DNA of 60,064 nucleotides from Parabacteroides sp. (GTDB lineage Bacteria; Bacteroidota; Bacteroidia; Bacteroidales; Tannerellaceae). The translations under genes were made by a program, and so were the position numbers. The notes below the pieces were generated by a model. It did not search any database, was not told where the DNA came from, and saw nothing but the letters and a program-made list of their open reading frames with translations. Shown piece by piece: positions 18,389-28,175 of the stretch (position 1 is its first letter; every line of letters starts with the position of its first letter). The stretch covers positions 1 to 60,064 of the forward strand of contig JBAYBT010000001.1 in the NCBI GenBank assembly GCA_041669165.1, given 5' to 3'.

Positions 18389-18402
18389 CTTTTTATATAA
18401 AA

Positions 18403-18434
18403 GGCACGGATTACAAATGAATATAATCCGTGCC
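18403..18434 (-). terminator. Hairpin/terminator between aldA and cobQ
   Basis: GGCACGGATTA-10 nt-TAATCCGTGCC perfect 11-bp stem, followed by TTTTAT on -. Confidence 0.65.
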
Positions 18435-18459
18435 CGGAATTAAAATCATACAAAAACTG

Positions 18460-19896
18460 TTATTCTTTTGTATCTAGATAAACGACATGAGTCTGTAAAT
18501 ATTCTTCCAGGCCGTGCTTACCATCTGCACCTCCAATGCCTGATTTACGCCATCCGGCATGGAATCCCTGCATAGCTTCGAAGTTTTCACGATTGATATA
18601 AGTCTCGCCGAATTTCAACTTCCGGTTAACCTTGATTGCATTGTCCAGATTCGTAGTATAAACAGAGGATGTCAGACCATATTCACTATCGTTAGCCCAT
18701 TCGATAGCCTGATCAATTGTATCATATTCAACAATAGGAATAACCGGGCCGAATGTTTCTTGTCTGATGATATCCATATCTTGTGTGACATTATCAAGAA
18801 CAGTTGCTTCAAAGAAGTAACCGCTTGTACCGATACGATGACCGCCAAGAAGCAAACGAGCGCCTTGCTTTATTGCATTGTCAACCTTCCATTGTACGGA
18901 TTCCAAAGCTCTGGCTTCAATCAGCGGACCCATATCCAAATCTTTGATCTTATTCGGATCGCCCACTTTGACAGCCTTCATGCCGGCAACAAGTTTCTTG
19001 GTGAATTCATCTTTAACTTTCTTGTCAACATATACGCGTTCAGCATTGTTACAAACTTGCCCGGTATTGTCTACTCGAGAATCGATGATTGACTTTACTG
19101 CCAAATCAAGGTCTGCATCAGCCATAACGATAGCTGGAGCTTTGCCGCCCAGTTCTAATGAAACCTTAGTGATATTCTTTGATGCCGCTTCCATTGTTGA
19201 TTGTCCTGCTTCAACGCTACCTGTAAGGCTAACCATACCCACTTTTGGATTAGCTGCCAGTTCGTGACCAACAACAGAACCACGACCATTGACAATATTG
19301 AGTACACCTGCCGGCAGACCTACTTCTTCTACAATCTGTGCAAAAACGAATGCGTTCTCCGGAGTGAGTTGACTTGGTTTAAGTACAATCGTATTGCCTG
19401 TAACCAATGCAGGAGCGGCTTTGCGTGCAATCAAGAAGAACGGAAAGTTCCAAGGGAGGATACCTGTTGTAACACCAATAGGACGTTTAAAAATGAAAAT
19501 ATTCTCACCTCTACGATCGCTCTGGACGATTTCGCCTTCGTAGTGACGAGCCCAGCCAGCCATATAATCGATATAATCGGCTGTGAAAATAGTTTCAACC
19601 ATCGCTAAACCTTGTGTTTTGCCTCCTTCACGAACAATGATGTTTGCAATTTCATCAGCACGTTTACGGATGCCATCGGCTATCTTTCTCAAGTATCCTG
19701 CACGTTCTATTGCCGGTGTTGCTTCCCATGCTGGTTGCGCCTTTTCAGCTGCATTAATGGCTTTTTTTACATCATCTACAGTACCGTCTGGCATCATTGA
19801 AGTGACTTCTTCTGTTGACGGATTTAATACCTTGATCCATTTGCCCGAGGTATTTTCGACGAACCTACCGTCGATAAACATTTTTAATTCTCTCAT
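18460..19896 (-). CDS. aldA: Aldehyde dehydrogenase A (lactaldehyde/glycolaldehyde dehydrogenase)
   Basis: ILPWNFPFFLIARK, LELGGKAP, GQVCN, ETFGP, GETYINRENFEAMQGFHAGWRKSGIGGADGKHGL (AldA-like C-terminus). Confidence 0.92.
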   Translation of the reverse strand: MRELKMFIDGRFVENTSGKWIKVLNPSTEEVTSMMPDGTVDDVKKAINAAEKAQPAWEATPAIERAGYLRKIADGIRKRADEIANIIVREGGKTQGLAMVETIFTADYIDYMAGWARHYEGEIVQSDRRGENIFIFKRPIGVTTGILPWNFPFFLIARKAAPALVTGNTIVLKPSQLTPENAFVFAQIVEEVGLPAGVLNIVNGRGSVVGHELAANPKVGMVSLTGSVEAGQSTMEAASKNITKVSLELGGKAPAIVMADADLDLAVKSIIDSRVDNTGQVCNNAERVYVDKKVKDEFTKKLVAGMKAVKVGDPNKIKDLDMGPLIEARALESVQWKVDNAIKQGARLLLGGHRIGTSGYFFEATVLDNVTQDMDIIRQETFGPVIPIVEYDTIDQAIEWANDSEYGLTSSVYTTNLDNAIKVNRKLKFGETYINRENFEAMQGFHAGWRKSGIGGADGKHGLEEYLQTHVVYLDTKE

Positions 19897-20033
19897 GGTA
19901 ATATCAATTCTATTTTTATTTTTAAAACGGCTGAAATTTAGAAATTATCTTCCTAACGTGAATATAAAAAATGATACTAGTTCTAACAGTTTTGATTTTT
20001 TGTAAATCGTCATTATTTGAACTTCATATAATT

Positions 20034-20750
20034 TCATATGGTAACCATCAGCCACAAAGAAACAAGAATCATGACTCCGGCCACGACTTTCTGATACCGC
20101 TTTTTATTGACATGACGAATAAATTTCAGAGCGAAGAAATTGCCTGCCATCATGGCAATACCTATAAATACACCATTGAGAAAAATATGTTCATCCATTA
20201 GGTTCATTTTTCCATACATAAACGTTTTGATGATATGCATTACTGAGGCAGCAGTAGCTTCACTAGCTATATAAGCTACCGGTGAGAGACCAAAGGTCAT
20301 GAAAACCGCACTGCTAATAGGTCCTGAAATACCTAATAGCCCATTGGTCAAACCGGTTATTCCACCGCCAATTAATACTGTCGATTTACTCCTTGGCAGC
20401 TCCATTCTACCTACTAGTTTCATGATAGAAAAGAAAATCAGAAAAAAACATAGAATTCTGGTCATCAGTTGTTTTGGTACAATAACAAATCCATATGCAC
20501 CTAAAGCTGTCAATGGTGCTGCAAGGATTAGAAACAGACCGACTTCTTTCCAATGTATATCTTTGAATCCGAAACCTGCACGCGACAGATTACTTAAGAG
20601 CTGAGCTATAGTTGAAACGGGAACTGCAATAGTAACTCCATAAAAATAAGTGATAACAGGCAATAGTATCATACCACCGCCGAAGCCCACTGAACCGGAA
20701 AAGAATCCTGCAATGAAACCAACAATAATCAGAATAATGTACATGGACAT
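20034..20750 (-). CDS. TauE/SafE (TSUP) family membrane exporter
   Basis: Hydrophobic 238 aa with duplicated GFFSGSVGFGGG / GLTNGLLGISGP motifs. Confidence 0.85.
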   Translation of the reverse strand: MSMYIILIIVGFIAGFFSGSVGFGGGMILLPVITYFYGVTIAVPVSTIAQLLSNLSRAGFGFKDIHWKEVGLFLILAAPLTALGAYGFVIVPKQLMTRILCFFLIFFSIMKLVGRMELPRSKSTVLIGGGITGLTNGLLGISGPISSAVFMTFGLSPVAYIASEATAASVMHIIKTFMYGKMNLMDEHIFLNGVFIGIAMMAGNFFALKFIRHVNKKRYQKVVAGVMILVSLWLMVTI

Positions 20751-20763
20751 GATATTAATTTAA

Positions 20764-20807
20764 ATATCCGACGCATTTCAAGCAGTCTTTTGAAATGCAT
20801 CGGATAT
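20764..20807. terminator. Long hairpin between dnaJ and the TauE gene (probable dnaJ terminator or 5' leader hairpin)
   Basis: ATATCCGACGCATTTCAA...TTGAAATGCATCGGATAT, about 18-bp stem; weak U-tract. Confidence 0.55.
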
Positions 20808-20840
20808 GTTACAAACGTATATTGATTCCAAATTAAATTA

Positions 20841-22001
20841 TCAGTCAAACATATGTTTAAACTTATCAAATATCTTATCCTTGACCGCCTTTTTAGGTTC
20901 AAAATTAGGAGATTCTGATAACTTATTCATCATTTCTTTTTCAGAAGGAGATAATGTCTCAGGAATGTATACACTTACATTAACTAATAAATCTCCAGTT
21001 CCATAACTATTCACAGATGGCAGTCCCTTATTGCGTAATCGAAGAACTTTACCAGGTTGCGTACCGGGGTCAATCTTCACCTTAGCTTTGCCGTCAATAG
21101 TCGGAACTTCTATCGTAGCGCCAAGTACAGCTTGTGGAACACTCAGAAGCAAATTGTACAAAATATCATTTTCATCACGAATCAACTCCGGATCGGGTTC
21201 TTCTTCTATCAAGATCAATAAATCACCATTAACACCTCCCCGCCGGGCAGCATTACCTTTGCCTCTCATTGTAAGTTGCATTCCTTCGGCAACACCCATA
21301 GGAATATGGATAGTGATTACTTCGTCATCATGAACAACGCCTTCACCATTACATTCTGGACATTTCTTTGTTATTATCTTACCTTCACCTCCACAGGTCG
21401 GACACGTTTGCTGTGTTTGAAGTCTTCCTAAAATAGTATTAGTAATACGTGTGACATATCCTGAACCATGACATGTGTCACAGGTTTTCTTACTGCTGTC
21501 ATCTTCTGCACCGCTACCATGACATTTGCTGCATGTTACATATTTTTTTACCTTGATTTTTTTATCGACTCCAGTCAAAATTTCTTTCAATGTGAGCTTT
21601 ACTTTTACTCTCAAATCAGAACCTCTATTGACATAACGAGATTCATTCGAAGGACCGCCAAAGCCACTAAATCCGCCAAAGCCACCAAAATGGCCACCAA
21701 AGATATCTCCGAACTGTGAGAAAATATCATCCATTGACATTCCACCAAAATCGCCTCCAGAAGAAGATGATGATCCATTAAAACCTCCAAAACCAAACTG
21801 ATCATAACGTTGGCGTTTTTGAGGATTACTCAACACGTCGTATGCTTCGGCTGCTTCTTTAAAATTTTCTTCGGCTTCTTTATTGCCTGGATTCTTATCT
21901 GGATGAAACTGAATGGCCTTTTTCCGATAGGCTTTTTTTATCTCATCTGCCGTCGCATTCTTATCGACGCCTAACACCTCATAATAATCTCTCTTAGCCA
22001 T
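20841..22001 (-). CDS. dnaJ: Chaperone DnaJ
   Basis: J domain with HPD, G/F-rich region, four CxxCxGxG zinc-finger repeats. Confidence 0.98.
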   Translation of the reverse strand: MAKRDYYEVLGVDKNATADEIKKAYRKKAIQFHPDKNPGNKEAEENFKEAAEAYDVLSNPQKRQRYDQFGFGGFNGSSSSSGGDFGGMSMDDIFSQFGDIFGGHFGGFGGFSGFGGPSNESRYVNRGSDLRVKVKLTLKEILTGVDKKIKVKKYVTCSKCHGSGAEDDSSKKTCDTCHGSGYVTRITNTILGRLQTQQTCPTCGGEGKIITKKCPECNGEGVVHDDEVITIHIPMGVAEGMQLTMRGKGNAARRGGVNGDLLILIEEEPDPELIRDENDILYNLLLSVPQAVLGATIEVPTIDGKAKVKIDPGTQPGKVLRLRNKGLPSVNSYGTGDLLVNVSVYIPETLSPSEKEMMNKLSESPNFEPKKAVKDKIFDKFKHMFD

Positions 22002-22030
22002 TTTGTACTTGTTCTGTTTATTTTATATTA

Positions 22031-22639
22031 TTATTCTCCTACAACGACCTTTGCGTGGCGAATTACCTTATCATGCAGTTTATAACCTAGTTGAACACAG
22101 TCTAATACTTTTCCTTTCATCTCCGGATCAGGAGCCGGAATCATTGCAACCGCATCAAACATATCTGTTGTAAAGGGTTTTCCAACAGCCTCAATAGCTT
22201 CAATTCCTTGCTGAGAAAGGTAAGCTGTAAATTTATTATATATAAGTTCAACTCCTTCTATTACAGCTTTCATATCTTCAGCTTTTCTTATGGTCTCTAG
22301 AGCCCTTTCGAAATCATCAACGATTGGAAGAAGGTGTATTAATGCCGCTTCACCTCCGTTTTTAATCAATTCAGACTTTTCACGTAAAGTCCGTTTTCTG
22401 TAGTTATCAAATTCAGCCATCAGGCGAAGGTGAGAATCATTTAATTCATCAAATTTCTTTTTGTAATCCTCAGAATGTTCTGCTGTGTCGTCAACAGTTT
22501 TTTCAGTCATTTTGTCATTATCCAACTCTTCTTCTGCCGCATTTGTCTGTTCTTGCTGCAAATTTGTCGTTTTAGTTTCTGGCTGACTCTTCTGTTCGTT
22601 TGTCTCTTTCTCTTTCTTGTTAAATTCTATCTCACTCAT
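22031..22639 (-). CDS. grpE: Nucleotide exchange factor GrpE
   Basis: LRLMAEFDNYRKRT, LLPIVDDFERAL, GYKLHDKVIRHAKVVV. Confidence 0.97.
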   Translation of the reverse strand: MSEIEFNKKEKETNEQKSQPETKTTNLQQEQTNAAEEELDNDKMTEKTVDDTAEHSEDYKKKFDELNDSHLRLMAEFDNYRKRTLREKSELIKNGGEAALIHLLPIVDDFERALETIRKAEDMKAVIEGVELIYNKFTAYLSQQGIEAIEAVGKPFTTDMFDAVAMIPAPDPEMKGKVLDCVQLGYKLHDKVIRHAKVVVGE

Positions 22640-22796
22640 ATTTCATTGTTTTTTTAAATTCAACGCTGTGTTTCAGATAAATAGAAGAATAACATCTATT
22701 TCATATGCTTTACATGAAACATAATGAATTCATCATTGTACATCATTACTATAACAAATATGCTGCCAACTGAATCAACCGCTTCAAAAATATCTT

Positions 22797-22804
22797 TATC
22801 TTTG
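22797..22804 (+). promoter_or_regulatory. -7 element (TATCTTTG) for the PDZ/DUF4136-mutS2-DUF4861 unit
   Basis: TAnnTTTG match about 65 nt upstream of the ATG at 22869. Confidence 0.55.
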
Positions 22805-22868
22805 TCTAAATTTTATCAGTTGACTTCTTGTTAACTGATGTTATGTTTAATAATAACGTATATAGATT

Positions 22869-24284
22869 ATGAAGAAAGTAATTTTGCTGATCTTGTTGTT
22901 GTCTGCACTCATGTCTACGCATATCCAAAGTCAGGAGATTTGTCGCTTAGGAATCAAATACGAATTCAGCTTGAGCAACAATTGGGGGAAAGGAAGACCT
23001 GTGATAACAGGTATTATTCCTTTTACAAATGCTGAAAGTTCCGGACTTAAACTACATGACATCATTATAGCTATAGATGGCGTAGACACCGAAAACCTGA
23101 AACCCAACGAAATAATGGATTTACTTAATCCTTCGAATAAAGAGGGTGTTATTCTTACTGTTAAAAACATATCATCACCGTCCAGAGACATAATGTTGAA
23201 AAAAGAATGTAAAGCCAGTAATGCTATTACAGAAGATCAATTGGCTACGGCATTTGCTATGTATAGCCTTGAAACAAATAGTGAACGGGATTTTGTCTGT
23301 CCGTTTAAGACAACCGTAATAACTCACGCTATTGATTTCAGTCGTTTCAAAACATTTGCTTTTTTCCCAATCGATGAAAAAAACAGTAAAATGGAAACAG
23401 CCATTAATTCCTATATAGAAAAAGCCCTTACTCAAAAAGGTCTTACTGTTGATGTAAACAAACCGGATCTGATGGTTCAGACTTTCTACTATTTTGATAA
23501 AAATCCAAATTATAAGGGAATATCCAAAAATGCCCTTAAAGATACGGCATACAGATATGATTCAGAAAAAGAGGCTATGGTTCTGCTTCCTTTTTGGAAT
23601 GCCGGTACGGCCGAATCAAATGCTGAATATCTACTCCAGTTTGGATTCAGATTGATTGATCAGCGAGATATTCAGGGACGTATTCTTTGGGAATGTGAAG
23701 CAAATGAATTATTAGGTGCTCCGTATCGCGTAGATGAGTATGCCCGAATTCATGTCCCACTGATGTGCATGCAATATCCATATGTCAAGTATACGCGTAA
23801 CGTAAAATATTTAGTTACCCAGAAGAAGTATAATTATACCGGATTGGGATTTGATATCGACCATATGAATGTAATTGCAAATATTGATATAAGCAGTCCG
23901 GCTTACGAAGCCGGCTTGCGGGTAGGTAGTATAATAGAAAAAATTAATGGACAAAAAGTAAAGTACTCTGCGGAGGCATTTACAGTTGCATACAAAAATT
24001 TCATTAGTGGAACTATGCCATTGCGTGACGCTAAAACCATTTTCACTGACGCAAATGGATTTAGCCGCTGTATGTTCTGGGATACATTTAATTACCCAAA
24101 AATTGTAGAAGCATTTCAAAACCCTCGAAATTTGACGGCTTTCTCCTACTTATATTATTATGCTCCATACATTAATTCTTCCGGAAATAATATTTGTATA
24201 TTTACTCTTAAGAATGGCAAAGAAAATATTGATCTCAATATTCATCCTGCCGTCCGACAAAGTACTACTGTTGAAATAAAATGA
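22869..24284 (+). CDS. Exported PDZ - DUF4136-like - PDZ protein
   Basis: Signal peptide; PDZ-like PFTNAESSGLKLHDIIIAIDG and SSPAYEAGLRVGSIIEKING; central DFSRFKTFAF...LTQKGL...PDLMV resembles DUF4136. Confidence 0.7.
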   Translation: MKKVILLILLLSALMSTHIQSQEICRLGIKYEFSLSNNWGKGRPVITGIIPFTNAESSGLKLHDIIIAIDGVDTENLKPNEIMDLLNPSNKEGVILTVKNISSPSRDIMLKKECKASNAITEDQLATAFAMYSLETNSERDFVCPFKTTVITHAIDFSRFKTFAFFPIDEKNSKMETAINSYIEKALTQKGLTVDVNKPDLMVQTFYYFDKNPNYKGISKNALKDTAYRYDSEKEAMVLLPFWNAGTAESNAEYLLQFGFRLIDQRDIQGRILWECEANELLGAPYRVDEYARIHVPLMCMQYPYVKYTRNVKYLVTQKKYNYTGLGFDIDHMNVIANIDISSPAYEAGLRVGSIIEKINGQKVKYSAEAFTVAYKNFISGTMPLRDAKTIFTDANGFSRCMFWDTFNYPKIVEAFQNPRNLTAFSYLYYYAPYINSSGNNICIFTLKNGKENIDLNIHPAVRQSTTVEIK

Positions 24285-24294
24285 TTTTTAGCCT

Positions 24295-26766
24295 GTGATT
24301 TATCCGCAAAATTTTGAACAGAAAATAGGATTTGACAAAATCAGAATATTAATATCTGATAAATGTCTTAGTCCGCTTGGCATAGAGAAAGTTGGTGAGA
24401 TGGAATTCTCCTCCAGTTTTCAATTTATTACTGAACAACTTCAACAAACAGACGAGTTTGTCCGAATTCTTCAGGGCGAAGATGAATTTCCAGCCGATTT
24501 TTTCTTTGACGTTCGTTATTCATTGAAACGCATTCGTCCTGAAGGCACTTGGTTGGATGAAAAAGAAATGTTTGATTTAAAGCGTTCTCTTCAAACAATC
24601 AACGCCATTCTTCATTTCTTCAGACAGGAGAATGATACTGAAATAAAATATCCATCTTTGACTGCTTTGGCGGGAGATATCCAGACTTTTCCGAAGATTA
24701 TAGATAAAATTGATACAATCCTAGATAAGTTCGGACGCGTAAAAGATAATGCTTCTCCTGTATTAATTCAAATAAGGCGTGAGATGGCCTCTACGATGAG
24801 TAGTATTTCACGTAGTTTGCAATCTATATTAAGAGCGGCTCAAACAGATGGTGTTGTTGATAAAGATGTTACGCCAACGATGCGCGACGGACGTCTTATG
24901 ATACCCGTAGCTCCGGCATTAAAAAGAAAGATCAAAGGAATTGTTCATGATGAGTCAGCTAGTGGAAAAACGGTTTTCATCGAACCGGAAATAGTTGTTG
25001 AAGCCAACAATCGTATCCGTGAATTAGAAAGCGATGAAAAACGCGAAATAATAAAGATTCTGACAGAATTTACTGACTATGTTCGTCCTCTGACTCCTGA
25101 TATTCTGCAGTCGTACACCTTCTTGGCAGAAATTGATTTCATACGTGCCAAAGCACTCTTTGCTGAACAAATAAATGGACTCAAACCAAAAATAGAGAAC
25201 AAACCTCATATGGATTGGGCCGGAGCCGTTCATCCCCTACTTTATCTTTCATTGAAGAAGCAGAATAAAGAAGTAGTACCTTTAGATATAACATTGGAAG
25301 AAGATAAACGAATATTGATTATTTCAGGTCCCAATGCCGGAGGAAAATCTGTTTGCCTCAAAACGGTCGGATTACTTCAGTACATGCTTCAGTGCGGATT
25401 ACTAATTCCTGTTTATGCCAGTTCGTGTACCGGCATATTTGATAATATTTTCATTGATATAGGCGACGAACAAAGCATTGAAAATGATTTGAGTACATAT
25501 AGTTCTCATCTCCTGAATATGAAATACTTCGTCAAGAATTGTAATAACAAAACAATTATTCTGATTGATGAATTCGGTAGCGGAACCGAGCCCCAGATTG
25601 GTGGCGCCATTGCTGAAGCACTTCTTGACAGATTCAATAAGAATCAGAGCTTTGGCGTTATCACGACACATTACCAAAACCTAAAACATTTTGCCGAAGA
25701 TACATCCGGCATTATTAATGGAGCCATGTTGTACGACCGGCATCTGATGCAGCCTCTTTTTAAACTTTCTATTGGTAATCCGGGTAGTTCTTTTGCTGTT
25801 GAGATTGCACGAAAAATTGGTCTCCCTGAAGAAGTGATAACGGATGCTTCCGCAAAAGTTGGAGCCGATTATATCAATATGGACAAGTATCTTCAGGATA
25901 TCGTTCGCGACAAACGATACTGGGAGAATAAACGTCAAAATATTCGTCAGCAAGAAAAAAAGCTGGAAGAAATAACGGCCCGTTATGAGACAGATCTGGA
26001 AGATGTGCATAAACAACGAAAGGAAATCATGCGTTCGGCAAAAGAAGAAGCTCAACGCATCCTTTCAGAAGCCAACGCAAAAATAGAAAACACTATTCGT
26101 GAGATAAAGGAAGCTCAGGCTGAAAAAGAACAAACGAAGCTTGCAAGGCAGGCATTGGAAGAATTTAAAGCGTCGGTAATTGCTACTGAAGAAAATGATG
26201 AAAAGATTGCTCGCAAGATGGCAAAGCTACAGGAACGCAATGAACGCAAAAAGAAAAGTAACCATCAGAATTCCAAGCCACAACCTTTCAATAAGGACGA
26301 AATCTTGGTTGGCGACAGTGTTCGTCTTAAAGGACAAACTTCAGCAGGAACTGTCTTGGATATTCTCGGCAAACAAGCCGTTGTTGCTTTTGGTATGATA
26401 AAAAGTTCTATCAAATTGGATCAGTTAGAAAAAGTAAGTAAAGGTCAACTCAAAAAAGAGATACAAAAGAACACATTTATTAGTGCTCAAACAGCCGATA
26501 GCATGCACGAAAAGCGTTTAAACTTCAAGCAAGAGATTGATGTGCGGGGTATGCGTGGCGATGAGGCTTTACAAACTGTGACTTACTTTATCGATGATGC
26601 TATCCAAGTCGGCGTCGCACGCGTTAGGATTTTACATGGTACAGGAAGTGGCATCCTTAGGCAACTAATACGGGAGTACCTGAGTACTGTTCCGGAAGTC
26701 ATTCGCTATCATGATGAGCATATCCAGTTTGGAGGAACCGGGATTACAATTGCCGAGTTCGAATAG
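24295..26766 (+). CDS. mutS2: MutS2 endonuclease/ATPase with Smr domain
   Basis: HDESASGKTVFIEP, ISGPNAGGKS, DIGDEQSI, IDEFGSGTEP, coiled coil, C-terminal Smr (IDVRGMRGDEA, ILHGTGSG). GTG start. Confidence 0.95.
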   Translation: MIYPQNFEQKIGFDKIRILISDKCLSPLGIEKVGEMEFSSSFQFITEQLQQTDEFVRILQGEDEFPADFFFDVRYSLKRIRPEGTWLDEKEMFDLKRSLQTINAILHFFRQENDTEIKYPSLTALAGDIQTFPKIIDKIDTILDKFGRVKDNASPVLIQIRREMASTMSSISRSLQSILRAAQTDGVVDKDVTPTMRDGRLMIPVAPALKRKIKGIVHDESASGKTVFIEPEIVVEANNRIRELESDEKREIIKILTEFTDYVRPLTPDILQSYTFLAEIDFIRAKALFAEQINGLKPKIENKPHMDWAGAVHPLLYLSLKKQNKEVVPLDITLEEDKRILIISGPNAGGKSVCLKTVGLLQYMLQCGLLIPVYASSCTGIFDNIFIDIGDEQSIENDLSTYSSHLLNMKYFVKNCNNKTIILIDEFGSGTEPQIGGAIAEALLDRFNKNQSFGVITTHYQNLKHFAEDTSGIINGAMLYDRHLMQPLFKLSIGNPGSSFAVEIARKIGLPEEVITDASAKVGADYINMDKYLQDIVRDKRYWENKRQNIRQQEKKLEEITARYETDLEDVHKQRKEIMRSAKEEAQRILSEANAKIENTIREIKEAQAEKEQTKLARQALEEFKASVIATEENDEKIARKMAKLQERNERKKKSNHQNSKPQPFNKDEILVGDSVRLKGQTSAGTVLDILGKQAVVAFGMIKSSIKLDQLEKVSKGQLKKEIQKNTFISAQTADSMHEKRLNFKQEIDVRGMRGDEALQTVTYFIDDAIQVGVARVRILHGTGSGILRQLIREYLSTVPEVIRYHDEHIQFGGTGITIAEFE

Positions 26767-26807
26767 TCTTTAGTGTTTTTACGGTAATTTTAATTGTTAA
26801 TAAAGTC

Positions 26808-28022
26808 ATGAAGAAAATTGTACTCTTACTCTTAACCATGTCTTTTGCAGCATGTGCTCAAGAAAAAGCTATCAGAATTGCAATTACAAATACTTCTAGT
26901 GAAATCAGAAAAGATGAAATTGTTGAACTGTCTACCGACGTCGTGAAGAAGTTTAAGCAAAAAGGATTTATTATAACCGATAGTAAGGGTATGCAAGTAC
27001 CTTATCAGATAACTTTTGAGCATAAACTGATTTTTCCAGCTACGGTAAATCCCAAAAGTAGTGCATTATACACAGTCTCTGTCGGGAAACCGGATATATT
27101 CAAAAAAGTTGTTTGTGGAAAGCATTACCCTGAGCGTGTAGATGATATTGCATGGGAGAATAATAGAATTGCTTTTCGCACATATGGCCCTGCATTACAA
27201 AAAAGCGGTGAAAAAGCTTATGGTTGTGATATATGGGTCAAATGTATTGCAGAACCGATAGTCGATTTTCGCTATAAATTGGAACTTGGAGCGCAGAGCA
27301 AAGCAAAACTAGCCGAATTGAATAAGACCGACAAGAAAGCAGCCAGGCAATTCGCCGAATCTGTCTCTTATCATAATGATCACGGTAACGGACTAGATTA
27401 TTACAAAGTCGGACCAACGCTTGGCGCAGGTACAACGGCTTTGATGAAAGGCGATTCCATTGTTTATCCATATTGTTATAATACGTATAAGATTCTTGAC
27501 AATGGTCCATTGCGTTTTACTGTGAAGTTGACGTATAATCCTTTGATTGTTGGTAATAATTCTAATATCATTGAAACGCGTATCATCACATTAGACTATG
27601 GTTCACAATTGAATAAAGTGACTGTCAGTTATGCAAATCTGACCAAGCCCACTCCTATTCTGACAGGCATTGTCATTCACGCTCCAAGCCTCGATTTGCA
27701 GGCAGATGCCGAAGCGGGATATATTTCTTATGCCGACCCTATAGATCCTGTAAACGGACAAATATTCGTTGGTGCAGTATTTACCAACAAACTTGAATCG
27801 GCAAAACCGATTTTGTTTTCTGCCAAAGAAAAAGCCGAGCGCGATGCCGAAGGCCATGTTGCAGCAATAAGTCTTTATACTCCAGGTACTAAATACATCT
27901 ATTATGCGGGTGCCGGCTGGAGCAAATACGGATTTAAAGATTCTACAGAATGGAATCGTTACGTCCGCACATTCGCCAAACATCTGAAGCAGCCTTTAAA
28001 AATTAAAATAGCAAAACAGTAG
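26808..28022 (+). CDS. DUF4861-family exported protein (putative carbohydrate-active)
   Basis: Signal peptide; ERVDDIAWENNRIAFRTYGP, YHNDHGNGLDYYKVGPTLGAG, YYAGAGWSK characteristic of Bacteroidetes DUF4861. Confidence 0.75.
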   Translation: MKKIVLLLLTMSFAACAQEKAIRIAITNTSSEIRKDEIVELSTDVVKKFKQKGFIITDSKGMQVPYQITFEHKLIFPATVNPKSSALYTVSVGKPDIFKKVVCGKHYPERVDDIAWENNRIAFRTYGPALQKSGEKAYGCDIWVKCIAEPIVDFRYKLELGAQSKAKLAELNKTDKKAARQFAESVSYHNDHGNGLDYYKVGPTLGAGTTALMKGDSIVYPYCYNTYKILDNGPLRFTVKLTYNPLIVGNNSNIIETRIITLDYGSQLNKVTVSYANLTKPTPILTGIVIHAPSLDLQADAEAGYISYADPIDPVNGQIFVGAVFTNKLESAKPILFSAKEKAERDAEGHVAAISLYTPGTKYIYYAGAGWSKYGFKDSTEWNRYVRTFAKHLKQPLKIKIAKQ

Positions 28023-28065
28023 TATTCTATCAATTTAGTGAAACTACTTAGTAACACGTTTAAAA

Positions 28066-28127
28066 AATAAGTTGTACATATATATGTTGATCTTTCTAAC
28101 AGACAATCATCGTATGTACAACTTATT
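28066..28127. terminator. Long inverted repeat between convergent DUF4861 and dcp
   Basis: AATAAGTTGTACATA / TATGTACAACTTATT perfect 15-bp arms with a 32-nt partly paired interior. Confidence 0.55.
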
Positions 28128-28175
28128 ACTTATCGGATATTTAGTTCTTCAATCCGGCGAATCGATCACAAATGT

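Noticed and set aside
22640-22868. CIRCE/HrcA operator upstream of grpE-dnaJ, and absence of dnaK
   Set aside because: No TTAGCACTC-N9-GAGTGCTAA is present; grpE-dnaJ unlinked from dnaK is usual in Bacteroidetes.
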